In this document: positions 50,601 through 64,000 of the stretch, piece by piece
How positions within the stretch are numbered: position 1 is the stretch's first letter
Layout of the letters: every line of letters begins with the position of its first letter
Assembly: GCA_020137815.1 (NCBI GenBank)
Contig: CM035352.1
Coordinates: forward strand, 3,100,001-3,164,000
Direction: 5' to 3'
Length of the DNA stretch: 64,000 nucleotides
Source of the DNA: Hormiphora californensis
Taxonomy: Eukaryota; Animalia; Ctenophora
Position numbers and translations under genes: made by a program
Notes under the pieces: model-generated
Databases searched by the model: none
The model's input: only the letters and a program-made list of their open reading frames with translations
What the model was told of the DNA's origin: nothing

Positions 50601-53600
50601 AAACAGGCCGCCGCGCATCAAAAAATATTTTAACAGCCTGAAGGTTGCTGTTTCGACGAATCTCCCAACTTCGGGTCGGACGAGGGGAAGCTTGCCTTTT
50701 GCGATCATATATACAAACGTAGGTCTTTTTTTCGGGGGGGGGGGGGGGGGGCAAATTTCAGGCAGCGATTGTGGCCACATTTTTTGAGATATCGACCTGA
50801 AATTTTGTAGGCGTGTTCTAGTAGTATAACTACGTGTCATAACGTGGCCGGATTTTTGATTTTTTGCCTAATTAATTAATTATAGGTAATTAAAAAGTAG
50901 CCCCTGCACCGTGCCCCTGAGCATGGGGTGTTCTGTCCCCTGGGCATTGCCCCTGAGCCGAAATTATCTCCCGATCTGCTTGAAATATCGACTTGAAACT
51001 TTGTAGGAATGCTCTTCAAGCATAAAAAATGATCTACAAAAAGTTAGAATAGTCAAAATTAAGTAATCAATGAGTTATAGGCATGCAAAAATGGACATTT
51101 CTGGTGCCCCTGAATTTTGCCCCCGAGCATTTGAAAAAACTGCCCCTGGGCAATTTTAAAATTCAAATTGTGGCCACACTGTTTGACATATCGATCTAAA
51201 ACTTTGTAGGCATGTTCTAGTGGTATAACTAAGAGTCACCACGGAGCCTGATTTTTGATTTTTTACTTAATTAATTAATTATAAGCAATTAAAATTTTAA
51301 AATTGCCCTCGCACTAACAAAAGTGGCCCAGGGGCACCTGAGCCGCAATTATCTCCCGATCTGCTTGAAATATCGACTTGAAACTTTGTAGGAATGCTCT
51401 TCAAGCATATAGAAAGGTCTACAAAAGGTGGGAATATTCAAAATTAATTATCCAATTAATTATAAGCAATTAAAAAATGGACATTTTTCTGGTGCCCCTG
51501 AGCATTGCCCCTGAGCATTTGAAAATATTTTCCGTTCTGCTATAAATATCGACTTGAAACTTTGTAGGAATGCTCTTCAAGCATATAGAAAGGTCTACAA
51601 AAAGTGGGAATATTCAAAATTAACTATCCAATTAATTATAAGCAATTAAAAAAATGTGCAGTGGCAGTGCAGGGGCAAAAAATAAAGCATATATATGGCG
51701 GGAAAATATTTTGGCAGGGAAACCGAAAAAGCCCAATAAGCCAAGAACGGGGTGGGGCCAAGGTCTGGCCCACTAGCTTTTGATCACCTCATCGAGCCCG
51801 ATCGAACGCGACCAATGTCGACCTCCCACGACGACCTAAACCCCTAATCCCACGTGGTGCCAGCCAACCGCCAGCCAAACGGAAAAATCTAGTGATCCTC
51901 TATCAGCTGGTATCAAAATCTAAGCTCTAAGTGACCAGGAACTGGCATTATTAGTGCTAATTGGCGATAACGTCATAAATCACATAATTACGACTAATTA
52001 GTGAACCGGGGGTGGTAGAGACCTGTGGGATGGTACTTTGGACTTTTTATAGAGTCCCTAATCATATCAGAAAGTCAAATTTAAAATTCCAGACCCAACT
52101 TCCCACAACCGACCCTACTATAATAAACAGGCCGCCGCGCATCAAAAAATATTTTAACAGCCTGAAGGTTGCTGTTTCGACGAATCTCCCAACTTCGGGT
52201 CGGACGAGGGGAAGCTTGCCTTTTGCGATCATAGCAGAAGAATAGAAGATTTTCGGGGGGGGGGGGGGGGGGCAAATTTCAGGCAGCGATTGCGGCCACA
52301 TCGTTTGAGATATCGACCTGAAATTTTGTAGGCATGTTCTAGTAGTATAACTACGTGTCATAACGTGGCCGGATTTTTGATTTTTTAATTAATTAATTAA
52401 TTATAAGCTATCAAAATTTGCCCCTGCACATTGCCCCTGTACATTTCGATTTTTTGCCCCTGCACGCGTGCCCCTGCACACGGTTTATCTTCCGTTCTGC
52501 TTGAAATATCGACTTGAAACTTTGTAGGAATGTTCTTCAATCATAAAAAATGATATTCGAAAAGTGGGAGTATTGAAAATTAATTAATTAATTAGTTATA
52601 GGCATGCAAAAATTGACTTTTTTAGGGCCCCCTGCACTTTTTTTGAAAATGTGCAGGGGCAAATACCCCTGCACATTTTTTGCAATTTTGATATTCAAAC
52701 TGTGGCCAAACTGTTTGTTTTTTCGAAATGAAACTTTGTATGCATGTTCTAGTAGTATAACTACGAGTCATAAAAAGGCTGGATTTCTTATTTTTAATTT
52801 AACTAATTAATTATAAGTAATTAAAATTTTGCCCCTGCACCATCTTTCCCCTGCACCGCTGATTTCGACCCCCTGCACATTTCCTGAACAAGGCAACTAA
52901 AAATGGTATATTTTCTGTTCTGCTATAAATAACGACCTAAAATTTTGTAGTAATGTAGTTCATGCATATAGAAAGATTGACAAAAAGTGGGAATAGTCAA
53001 AATTAATTATCCAATTAATTATAAGTAATTAAAATTTTGCCCCTGCACAATTTTGTTTGCCCCTGCACAATTTTTGCAACTTTGATATTCAAACTGTGTC
53101 CAAACCGTTTGTTTTTTCGAAATGAAACTTTGTATGTATGTTCTAGTAGTATAAATACGAGTCATAACGGAGCCGGATTTTTGATTTTCTAATTAATTAA
53201 TTAATTATAATCAATTAAAACTTTTGCCCCTGCACAGTTTTGGCAAATTTGATATTCAAACTTTGAGCCTTTGTGAAAGTTTCATCCAGTTGCTGGCGAT
53301 AGACTCGATAGAGTTCGATTAATTTACCATGACAACGGAGTTGGTTACCATAGCAACCAGGGAATTCGTTGTAAAATAGTCCTTTCTTGCTATAAACAAT
53401 ATAGTTAACGTGTAGCGCACGCCACAAAAGTTTTAAATTTAAGTTTTTGGGTGAAAAATAAATGGACTTTAACAATTGAAACAAAGTGTGCCATTAGATC
53501 CTGAACCGAAAAACGAATATTTGTCAAATTTTGTTTAATGTGCGCCCCCGGTTCCCATTATAAAATATCGGACTATATGTTAGCAACTTCGGGTCGGACG

Positions 53601-55200
53601 AGGGGAAGCTTGCCTTTTGCGAACATATATACAAAGAATAGAAGATTTTTGGGGGGGGGGGGCAAATTTCAGGCAGCGATTGCAGCCACATCGTTTGAGA
53701 TATCGACCTGAAATTTTGTAGGCATGTTCTAGTAGTATAACTACGTGTCATAACGTGGCCGGATTTTTGATTTTTTAATTAATTAATTAATTATAAGCTA
53801 TCAAAATTTGCCCCTGCACATTGCCCCTGTACATTTTGATTTTTTGCCCCTGCACGCGTGCCCCTGCACACGGTTTATCTTCCGTTCTGCTTGAAATATC
53901 GACTTGAAACTTTGTAGGAATGTTCTTCAATCATAAAAAATGATATTCGAAAAGTGGGAGTATTGAAAATTAATTAATTAATTAGTTATAGGCATGCAAA
54001 AATGGACTTTTTTAGGGCCCCCTGCACTTTTTTTGAAAATGTACAGGGGCAAATACCCCTGCACATTTTTTGCAATTTTGATATTCAAACTGTGGCCAAA
54101 CCGTTTGTTTTTTCGAAATGAAACTTTGTATGCATGTTCTAGTAGTATAACTACGAGTCATAAAAAGGCTGGATTTCTTATTTTTAATTTAACTAATTAA
54201 TTATAAGTAATTAAAATTTTGCCCCTGCACCATCTTTCCCCTGCACCGCTGATTTCGACCCCCTGCACATTTCCTGAACAAGGCAACTAAAAATGGTATA
54301 TTTTCTGTTCTGCTATAAATAACGACCTAACATTTTGTAGTAATGTAGTTCATGCATATAGAAAGATCGACAAAAAGTGGGAATAGTCAAAATTAATTAT
54401 CCAATTAATTATAAGCAATTAAAATTTTGCCCCTGCACATTTTGCCCCTGTACATTTGCGGCAAATGTTACCCCTGCACATTTTCGGTAAATTTGATATT
54501 CGAACTGTGGCCACACCGTTTGATATTTCGAAATGAGACTTTGCATGCATGTTCTAGTGGTATAACTACGAGTCATAAAAGAGCCGGATTTCTGATTTTT
54601 TAATTAATTAATTAATTATAAGTAATTAAAACTTTTGCCCCTGCACAATTTTGTTTGCCCCTGCACAATTTTTGCAACTTTGATATTCAAACTGTGGCCA
54701 CACCGTTTGAAATTTCGAAATGAAACTTTGTATGTATGTTCTAGTAGTATAAATACGAGTCATAACGGAGCCGGATTTTTGATTTTCTAATTAATTAATT
54801 AATGATAATCAATTAAAACTTTTGCCCCTGCACAGTTTTGGCAAATTTGATATTCAAACTTTGAGCCTTTGTGAAAGTTTCATCCAGTTGCTGGCGATAG
54901 ACTCGATAGAGTTCGATTAATTTACTATGACATCGGTGTTGGTTACCATAGTAACCAGGGAATTCGTTGTAAAATAGTCCTTTCTTGCTATAAACAATAT
55001 AGTTAACGTTTTTGGCAAATTTGATACATATTTATGTCTTTGTGAAAGTAATGAAAATAAGAGCATTAACTTAATGGGATTAGATCATTTGAGAAGTAGT
55101 GATGAATTGAAATATGTTAGCAACTTGCCAGTTCGACAAACTAAACCCATATGATTCCAACTTCGGGTCGGACGAGGGGAAGCTTGCCTTTTGCGAACAT
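47065..55200 (-). mobile_element. Tandem array of non-autonomous Helentron/HINE-like units (five units of ~1.4-1.6 kb, two subfamilies)
   Basis: CTTCGGGTCGGA at 49141, 50669, 52193, 53587 and 55161 is the reverse complement of the motif next to the hairpins; internal sub-repeats; no transposase. Confidence 0.7.
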
Positions 55201-56520
55201 ACTATAGTGCAGTAGACACTGCCAACAGTACTATAGTAATTGGTGGAACAATATACTAAATGTAATATGCCTATCAGTCGGTTTTGACACCTCTAGGCAA
55301 GGGAAGAATCGAAGAACTTTATTTTACATGCAGTGCACAAAACTATGGAGTTCCTAAATAGATCTAGTATCTACGAAATCAATAGGCAAGTTTTGAAATT
55401 GAGACTCAGACAAAAGCGATAGCTAAATGCCTAGTATTTGTGAAATAAAACGCTGTATAATTATTCACAAAGTACAAACAGTTTTTTAGAACTGGGGAGA
55501 TCGTAACGATCTCTCTCCTGCTCTCTGACTATAGTGATAAAAATATAGTGCTAACAATCACTGCACAAAAACCAGCTACCTCTCTCCCTCTTTGAGTCAT
55601 CTCTCTACATCTCTATCCTTTTTGATTTTTCTCTCTCCCTCTCTCTGATCCCTCCCTCTCCGAACGAATGCTTTCCCCATGTCCTATAGAACTTGCCTCA
55701 GTAAGACAACTCGTTCAATTATACTACTCAGTGTTGCTGAGTAACAACAAGACCTGTGTGAAGTTGTTTCCGATATCATCAGGCGATCTCATACAGATAT
55801 ATTAGGAGATGTGCAGTTATCCTGTCAGGCCAATGCTCTGACCACAGTTATCTGATGATATACGGTAAACAAGTACGTCTTGTATTACTTGAAAAGAGAA
55901 TGATGAGGAGAAATATATAATTAGAGCTGCTAGATGGAAGGAAATGAACAAGGGATAAGGAGAGAGTAACAGATCACTGCTATCCAAGCTAATGGCTTCG
56001 TGGGTGTATTATATATTATAGTGAATCGATTAGCATATTATTTGCATCTAATTATTTGAGACTATTTTAACAATGTGTTATGAAGAAATATAATATGTGG
56101 TCTCCGGAATTAAGTTATGAAACTACCATTGAAATGAATAAAACATAATTGTTTTGAAAAAACAAGAGTGTCTTTCTTCAAAAAAAGAAAGTCTTCAGGG
56201 AATGCGACATTTTTCCGTCTAGATATAATACGTAAACCACATGCAGAAAGACAACACGCAGTTCGCTAAAAATTATTCAGAAGCCTCCTTTAAATTATTT
56301 TAGGTATAATTAACATTTAACCGCAAGCTCATCAAGGCCGTATTTAGATATCCCGGGATTCCCGGGGCTTCAGTTCGGAATGTAAAGAATACCCAGATAA
56401 TCTGAAAACTAGACCCTTATATACCCGGGAATGAAATTCTTCTTCTTCTAATTAGCACTAAGCTGTACTTTAATTATGGGATAATTACTCAATTAGCTGT
56501 AATTTGTCAGTATCTATAGA

Positions 56521-56758
56521 TTCCTAGCTATCAACAAACGTATTATGTCCTGACTATTCCTAATTAGAGTTGAGATCAATATAAGCTGTCTGACTAGCCA
56601 AGGCTCTCTGATGAGTAAAGAGATGATAATACTGTTATATATAACAGTATTATCATCTCTTTACTCATCAGTGAGCCTTGGCTAGTCAGACAGCTTATAT
56701 TGATCTCAACTCTAATTAGGAATAGTCAGGACATAATACGTTTGTTGATAGCTAGGAA
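56521..56758. repeat. 238-bp spacerless palindrome
   Basis: 119-bp arms centred at 56639/56640, one mismatch seen. Confidence 0.95.
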
Positions 56759-57650
56759 ACCAAAAACTTTGTAAGGAAGCTAAACACCGATTAGTCGTCT
56801 GCATTAATACTGTATAGTGTATACTGTAGCCTATTAATGCAACTTTTTAAATTCTAATCATCATAAAATAGCAAATGAAACGAAGAAACAAAAAAGAGTG
56901 TAAACGGGTAGCTTGATTTTCTTCGTCAGGAATGAGTGCAACAATAGTTTCTTAGCCGAGAACAAGACACGCGTGTTCAGGATAGACCTAGATAAATAGC
57001 CTAGGTAAGCTAAGTATACTTATAGGATATATCCTATAGAACTGCAACCCCTTTCCGTAGACTTGTTATGAGGGAATTGTAAGGATCAACTAATTAATTA
57101 TTGTGCTCATAACTAAATTGGGCATATATATGTGTATGATACATGGCTGAGCTAGATTGAGACAAAGAACGTTGATCGTTTAATTCAAGGGAGAGGGCAT
57201 TATTCTACATATAACATAGAGAGATAGCAGAGAGAAAGAGAGAGATGGAGGGAAGAAAAGAGGTGGGGTTGGTACAGACGTGAGAGAGATAGCCAATAGA
57301 AAGAGAGAGATGGAGGTAGGAAAGAGATGGAGTTGGTACAGCAGAACTAAAACAAAGGCTACAAAACTGATAGAGCTCTTCTCTGAAGCTGCAATAATAA
57401 ATAGTAATGATCGGTAGAGCTCTTCATTTCCATTGCACATAGTAGGGCGTGAGTGGGCACATTAAGATTCCTGCATTATTCAGTGCTACTATAATACTAG
57501 CTTACACAGCCGGGGACATATCTCTAAGTCTCTTACCTCTGTATCTTTCTGTCTCCCATTCTCTATATGGCACCACCCTCTTTGTTCACGGCGTGCCTGG
57601 GTAAATTTTACGTGGAAGCTGAGGCGTTGTAAGCATGAACAATAAAAAAC

Positions 57651-57653
<3 letters not shown>

Positions 57654-57737
<84 letters not shown>
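57654..57737. repeat. (CT)n microsatellite
   Basis: Direct reading. Confidence 0.95.
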
Positions 57738-57742
<5 letters not shown>

Positions 57743-57979
57743 TTTGTTTATATTTTTCTCTTCCTCTCTTTTCATCTTTTTTTTAATTCAACTTGTTATT
57801 CAGTCCCCCATCTCATGGGATACGGTGGAATTTTATTATAAAACGGGATAAGGTGGGGGAATCTTATTATAAAACGGCCAGGTGCAATATAGCAGGGAGT
57901 TAAAATACAGAACAGCGAAAAGAAGAATTTTACGGTCGCTTGTAGTGGGAAAACGGTAATGGAAAAGCAGCACTGTTAA

Positions 57980-58649
57980 AGTAAGAGTGGCGCGCCGTGT
58001 TTTCTCACAAAACTTAGTGGATGAACGGGGAGTACCACCAGGACCATTGGTATGGTATCGAAAATTTCCAATTCTGTCTCGTTGATTAGTTATGACGTAA
58101 TATGTTCATTATTTCAATTTTCATAAAATTGCTCTACAGAAAAATCTGTGCATTGTGGATTGAAATGGATGCTTGCATCGTGTTCAGCGTCAAAAAATAG
58201 TCGGGGTACCAAATTTTGGTGTCTCTACCTTGTCTGTGACGCGAGATATTGACAAATATAAAAAACGACCAAAGTGAGAGAAAGAGAGTTTGTTACTTTT
58301 GGGTGGCGCACACAAACAACTAGCACCCAAAAGTAACAATCTCTCTCTCACCCATTTTGGTCGTTTTTGATAATTGTCGATATCTCGCGTCACAGACAAG
58401 GTAGAGACACCAAAATTTGGTACCCCGACTATTTTTTGACGCTGAACACGATGCGAGCATCCATTTCAATCCACAATGCACAGATTTTTCTGTAGAGCAA
58501 TTTTATGAAAGTTGAAATAATGAACATATTACGTCATAACTAATCAACGAGACAGAATTGGAAATTTTCGATACCGTACCAATGGTCCTGGTGGTACTCC
58601 CCGTTCATCCACTAAGTTTTGTGAGAAAACACGGCGCACCACTCTTACT
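57980..58649. mobile_element. 670-bp palindromic MITE with TTAA TSD and AG..CT ends (Kolobok-like)
   Basis: TTAA|AGTAAGAGTGG .. CCACTCTTACT|TTAA; ~325-bp near-identical arms. Confidence 0.85.
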
Positions 58650-59264
58650 TTAAGGTTGTGTAATGAACTGTCAGAGCATTGGCGGAGCACGCGAGAACTG
58701 TGGTCAGAGCATTGGCCTGACTGGTAATGAAGGTGTCTGTATTCTGTAGGTAATGGGTATAACGGCACCTGTCAGCATTATATATAGGCAGACTACAAAG
58801 GTCCATTAGCAACAAACCAAAATTTAGAGCAGCCCAAGAAGTTGTCTTAATTCGCCCAACTTTTGTAATGCAGTACCTGCAGAGGACTCACAATTGTAGT
58901 AAATGCAGATGTACCTAGAACTCGAATAAGCAGATCTACGATTTGTTTCCACGAAAATAATACTTGCCATGATGAGGGGGCGATAAACAAAAGGATACCA
59001 TATGTGCCCATGTGGTAATGATGATGTGTCAGTGTGTGTGTGAATGCAAATGAACCCAATCTGAATCCAGGATAGACATTGACCATTGGTCATTCGCATT
59101 GCAATGTGCATGTCTCTTAAAGTTTCATTCATATCATATAGCCACTATAACTCAGTCTAAAAACACCCTCTCCCTATCTCGCTCGAGATAGATCTGTCTC
59201 TCCCTCTTATATTTCTCCCTGTCTCTATCCATATTTCTCTCGACTCTATCTCCCTAGTCCCTAC

Positions 59265-59299
59265 CTCTCTCTCTCTCTGATCTCTCTCTCTATCTCTCT

Positions 59300-59385
<86 letters not shown>
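59265..59385. repeat. (CT)n microsatellite
   Basis: Direct reading. Confidence 0.95.
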
Positions 59386-59388
<3 letters not shown>

Positions 59389-59808
59389 ATTTCTCTGTCC
59401 CTATCTCTCCCTCTCTCTCTCCCTATCTGCACACTGTTTGAGCTATACCAGTTTATCGACCATACATCGTTTGTTGAGCACTCATCTTTTGATGATATTA
59501 GTAAACATCGACTCGAAAGCACTCATGCCACTATCGCCAACATACTTTTACTCTCTCTCCAATATCTCCCATCCCTCTTTCTATGTCACTCTCATACTAC
59601 CCCCAGTTTCACTAGCTCTCCTGGCCACTACAACTCCACGATTTCTATTCTAAACACATACGTCGTACAACTATACACCACAACTCTACTCTACTAGAAG
59701 ATAATAATTTATCTAACCGATTAGTCTCCCAGCTGTCTTTCTAGGAGTTATTATTATATGAGTTATTATATGATTTTAGATAATCCTAGGATGACAGCTG
59801 TGACTCAC

Positions 59809-60073
59809 ATTTTTCCAATCTCACAGCCTGTGACAGTGGTCATCCGACATAATTGCCATACCTCGACGTGAAATTCGACCTGAATCTCGACCTGGAATGA
59901 GGCGCGCATTCGTAGTGAGAGAGACACAAAGACTAACGAGAGAGAAGAGTTGAAGCGCGACACCATTTGCTTACTGCGGCACATCTCTCTGATGCGCGCC
60001 TCATTCCAGGTCGAGATTCAGGTCGAATTTCACGTCGGAGTATGTCGGATGACCACTGTGAGATTGGAAAAAT
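59809..60073. mobile_element. MITE-like inverted repeat, ~80-100-bp arms
   Basis: CAGTGGTCATCCGACATA..GAGGCGCGCAT mirrored by ATGCGCGCCTC..TATGTCGGATGACCACTG. Confidence 0.7.
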
Positions 60074-63000
60074 CTGCAGGTGACACTTTAGAAATTGAGT
60101 ATTATTATTTTTTCACTCATGTCAAAGCTGGGGCATGTGATAAGACGATCGGACGATCCACTACCAATAACACTGGAATCATTGAAAGAAAAGGAAAACG
60201 AACTTGAATAGTTTTAGATTTAAAATCGTCTGGCGTGTGCATTTAAACCCTTTCGTTTAGAATAGCTGACATGCACCGGATGCACGAGAGCAGATACACG
60301 CTGGACTGGAGTAGCTTCAAAAGATTAAACATGTTCACACGCTTTTAGTTTCATTAAAAAATCACAATCAAAATTAATCACAGAAATTAAAGTTTCTGTC
60401 TAAAAAATAGTAATTTTCGGCAAGATATTATTTTCCTTTTTCTGTCTACTGTATTTTGTTGTTGAGTAAGGTGGAAGAGTCAGTCTTCCCCCTTACTCAA
60501 CAAATATTTTGGTGTTCCTACAGACCTGATAATCGCATATAATAAAACATCAGCTGTCACAACAGCAAATAAAATCCCGTCAAGGATCGATCAGTGCACT
60601 CGAGTCTTTCATTGTCAACAAATACAAGGATTGTTATGTTTCTTTTCTACCTGCATTTATCTCTCACAGTCTCTACCTCACTCTCTCTAGAAGGAGATCT
60701 CTCGTTTTCTCAGCAGATGCATCTCGTGAGGTGAGTAGGACCTAGCATCAAACTCCCTATCTAGAGCTCTGATGGCATTGGTGAAAGAAGATCGGAGAAG
60801 AACCAACTCGACTCCTCCGGGAATAACTGAGTCACAGGAGAGGAAGGGTTAGTTTCATTACGACAAGTGAGAGGAACACGACTGTGCGGGTGTATCATTA
60901 TAGTGTTGTGTTGGCACACGGAGAATATGGGAGAGGGACACAACAAGAGTAGTAAATAATAAGAGTAGTAAATAGTAACCATAGGAGAGGAAGGGTTAGT
61001 TTCGTAGGAAGTTATAGTTTCTAAACTGAAACGGGTTTTCTACAAACATTTCATCATAATAGATTCTTATTTATATCTTGGTGTCGAGAAAGTTGGGCTA
61101 CTTCATTATACCTGCTTTAGTAGGAAAGTATACGATGTCTCCCTGTCCTTTGTTAACTCCATAGGGGCCCTTCCTTTTGTTTCCGTTATCTAAGGAAAGA
61201 ATCTGGTTTGAAATGTTGGAGGAGAAAGGTGTACAGGTCGCATACCGGACCTTCAGTTCGGTATGAGGTGGGAAATATAGCTCTAATTTACTGATCCTAA
61301 AACCAAACAATCCAAAAATCATCCTAATCCGACGTGTTGTGTATTGGTGGGAATGCTAAAAGTGGATAACGTCAGGAACTTATGTTTATATGCAGCACAG
61401 AATGGCACGATAAAATTTATATTTCTTACGAGTCTGATCAGTTTGTTTTTGCTGATCAACTGCCCTAGCAGATCCCCTCTTCCTGCTGCACTGCTGTCTC
61501 ATATTATATCGGTAGTCGACAAAAACAATAAACTCAAATCAATGGACAATGATAGAGAATAATACCTAGTGGCTCAGCTTGTTTTTCTCCAGGCTTAAAG
61601 TAGCGCAAAAAATTTGAGCTGTTATAGTACAATTAGGAGGTGTTATAATGGCTGGTTCCTCGACACAAACACAGTGTTTAGACCATGCTGCTGCTGTCAA
61701 AAACAACACACATGTGTTCCTTTCATGAATTGTATCTTCAATAATTAAACAAAGAGAGAGAGAGTAGGAGTTTGTTAATATCAGTCAACTGACTACTTAA
61801 TTGAGATATCGATATTCAACCGCTTAATTAACGATCAAGGGGATAGGGTCATGTTTGGCAATTACCATCTACATGAAGGTTTTGAAACGCACGTGATGGC
61901 CTGGCCCCAGTTCCGTGACAACTTCTTTGACACCTTGAGCTGACCACGCGAGAGGGCACTGTATTTATATGACAAATGTGTCATTCCGTGAATAGACGTG
62001 TTGACCCGCCTGCTGCAACCAGAATATATGACCACGGAACCAGCTCATTCATCAGAAATTCGTTCAAGGAATGGGGTTTCACCCACAGCCCACTGTCCAA
62101 ACCAAAATTTAGTAACTTGTTCTCAGGTAGTTGACACTTGATATTAATTATGAAATGAGCTAGCTCCTATATCAAGCGCTGCCCAGCACCATCTGAAATA
62201 ATTTTTCTTACTTTTCTTACTTGGAGCGAAGTTAAACAGGGGTTTTCCAGATTTGCGGGAGTTGGACATGGTAAGGTCAATTTTGTTCCTAGAAAACTCA
62301 GATATTACGTACACAAATAGAGGATACAAGGAGTGATGGTATTCATCTAGAATCTAATCCACAGTTGTACCAATTTAAGGTGGATGATTGAAAGCATCAC
62401 GACAGACTACTCAAATGCAAGACGTTAGACTAGGCTGGAATTAATGCTTGCTGCTTCATAGGATTTAATCCTACTTCATAGGAAGATGACAAACTGTAGT
62501 TGTTGATACTCTAAACTAAAACTTTACAGTGTGTCTCATCACCTAGGTCTAAAGTATATATTTTACCATGGCGTGCTGCAGCTTTATAGTTTTACAGTGA
62601 AACCAATATCACTGTTCTCAAACCGAGGTTTACACTAGGTCGGAAAAGATCCCTGTTATGTTCTAACCCTCCCTTTGTAAAAGGAGTGCACGGACAGAGG
62701 GTCTAGCTAGGCGAAAAGATCCCTGCATGAGTGTGGTATTAGAATTATAACGGAACAGAACCATGGTGTACCAATACCAAGAGGCACAAAGTATAGATTA
62801 ACTACGGAAGCTGTACTTCCTTTAATGAATCTGTTGAATATTATTTGTATTTTGATTAAAATAATCTCAATGTCTATTGTTTCAAAGAAAGTCAGTCATG
62901 GACAACACCCCGAAAAGCTTCGGTAATGTTTTATCACAAATGTGTTAACAATCACTCACTGATCTCGTCTCACGATCTCGTCCAGTTTACAAACTTATGA

Positions 63001-64000
63001 ATGCAAATTTATGTCAAATGCAAATTTATTGAATTTTATATGTGTACACATGGGTTTAATACTTGCCTATCAGAGCATTGGCCTATTAGGACCCCAGTCT
63101 CGAGAAGTTAAGGGAGCATACATGATTGTACACGTACGTTCCCTAAGTATTACTAGGTATAATTATTCATGATTGCGTACGATATGCTATAACACCAATT
63201 TAGAACAACTCTGTTTGAAAAACGGGAAAATGACAAGGATTCAATAAAAGTGCAATATATTGATAGATGCAACTTATAGCTAGACCTCTACTACTTGTCT
63301 TATAGCTAGTTAAACTGCGGCCATATGTTTCTCTAGCTGTACTGGTGCCGTTTAAAACCCCATTTATATGCCATCAATATGCAGGAAACATGGAGGCACT
63401 CTGTATTTCAAGTGGAGATTTCACTTTCTGTCCTTCTTCTATGTCTCCCTTTCTTCTCTCTCAAAGAGCACAATTCCCATCATAAAACAGTTTCTCATCA
63501 ATGATGATCAATGATGTCATCTTGTATTATATCTTGCCAGTATAGTCCCTCTACTACAACCCCAATCTGAAATCAACACCCAACTGCCCACTTAAGGAAG
63601 AGCCGGGATCGAAGAGGCACATGTTTAGTAGATATGTTTTGGGTTGACGGACGAAAGTCGGAGATCGGCAAGGTGTTTCAAGTTGCGGTCGTAGGTTCGG
63701 GGGGCTAATCTGGAGTGTCTGTCCAACTCCCTATCTGCTCCTTCGGCTGATTCTTTGGCTATCACTTGCTGGACCTCGCATGGCATAACTGAAATGGGAG
63801 ATTAATTGTAGAATCAGTGGAGGTCCGTCAGAGCATTGTCCTGAACCGCAGTCAGAGCTTTGGCCTGGCAGGTCGACCTATCAAGGGGGGGGGGGGGTGT
63901 ATGTACACACTTATGGCTGGTCAAGGTCAAAAGGGTTAAGTATTACACTAGTAAAGTATGGGTAAACTTAGGAAGAGTCATAAATAGGACAACTTTACCT

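Noticed and set aside
47050-54200. Repeated short ORFs in the tandem array
   Set aside because: Frames shift with homopolymer length between copies; no Rep/helicase motifs
60500-63900. Possible decayed retroelement on the minus strand
   Set aside because: Only short ORFs; no motif I can support

Overview
Eukaryotic (animal) genomic DNA with GT-AG introns, microsatellites and dense non-autonomous transposons. The short repeats resemble, from memory, those of the ctenophore Pleurobrachia; this is inference and unverified. Genes: three tandem intronless class-A-like GPCRs (one frameshifted), a fourth multiply frameshifted GPCR, a GATAD1 homologue with a coding minisatellite, a RABL3 homologue and two unknown membrane-protein genes. 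All eight have a pyrimidine-rich YAG acceptor 0-21 nt before the ATG, which suggests spliced-leader trans-splicing and operon-like pairs. The main structural features are a 6.6-kb non-coding foldback element with inverted 32-bp satellite arms splitting a CR1-type LINE ORF, and an 8-kb Helentron-like array with multiplied ends. There are also many palindromic MITEs and a 238-bp spacerless palindrome. About 41.7-43.7 kb looks like poorly base-called sequence. No rRNA, tRNA or CRISPR array was recognised.
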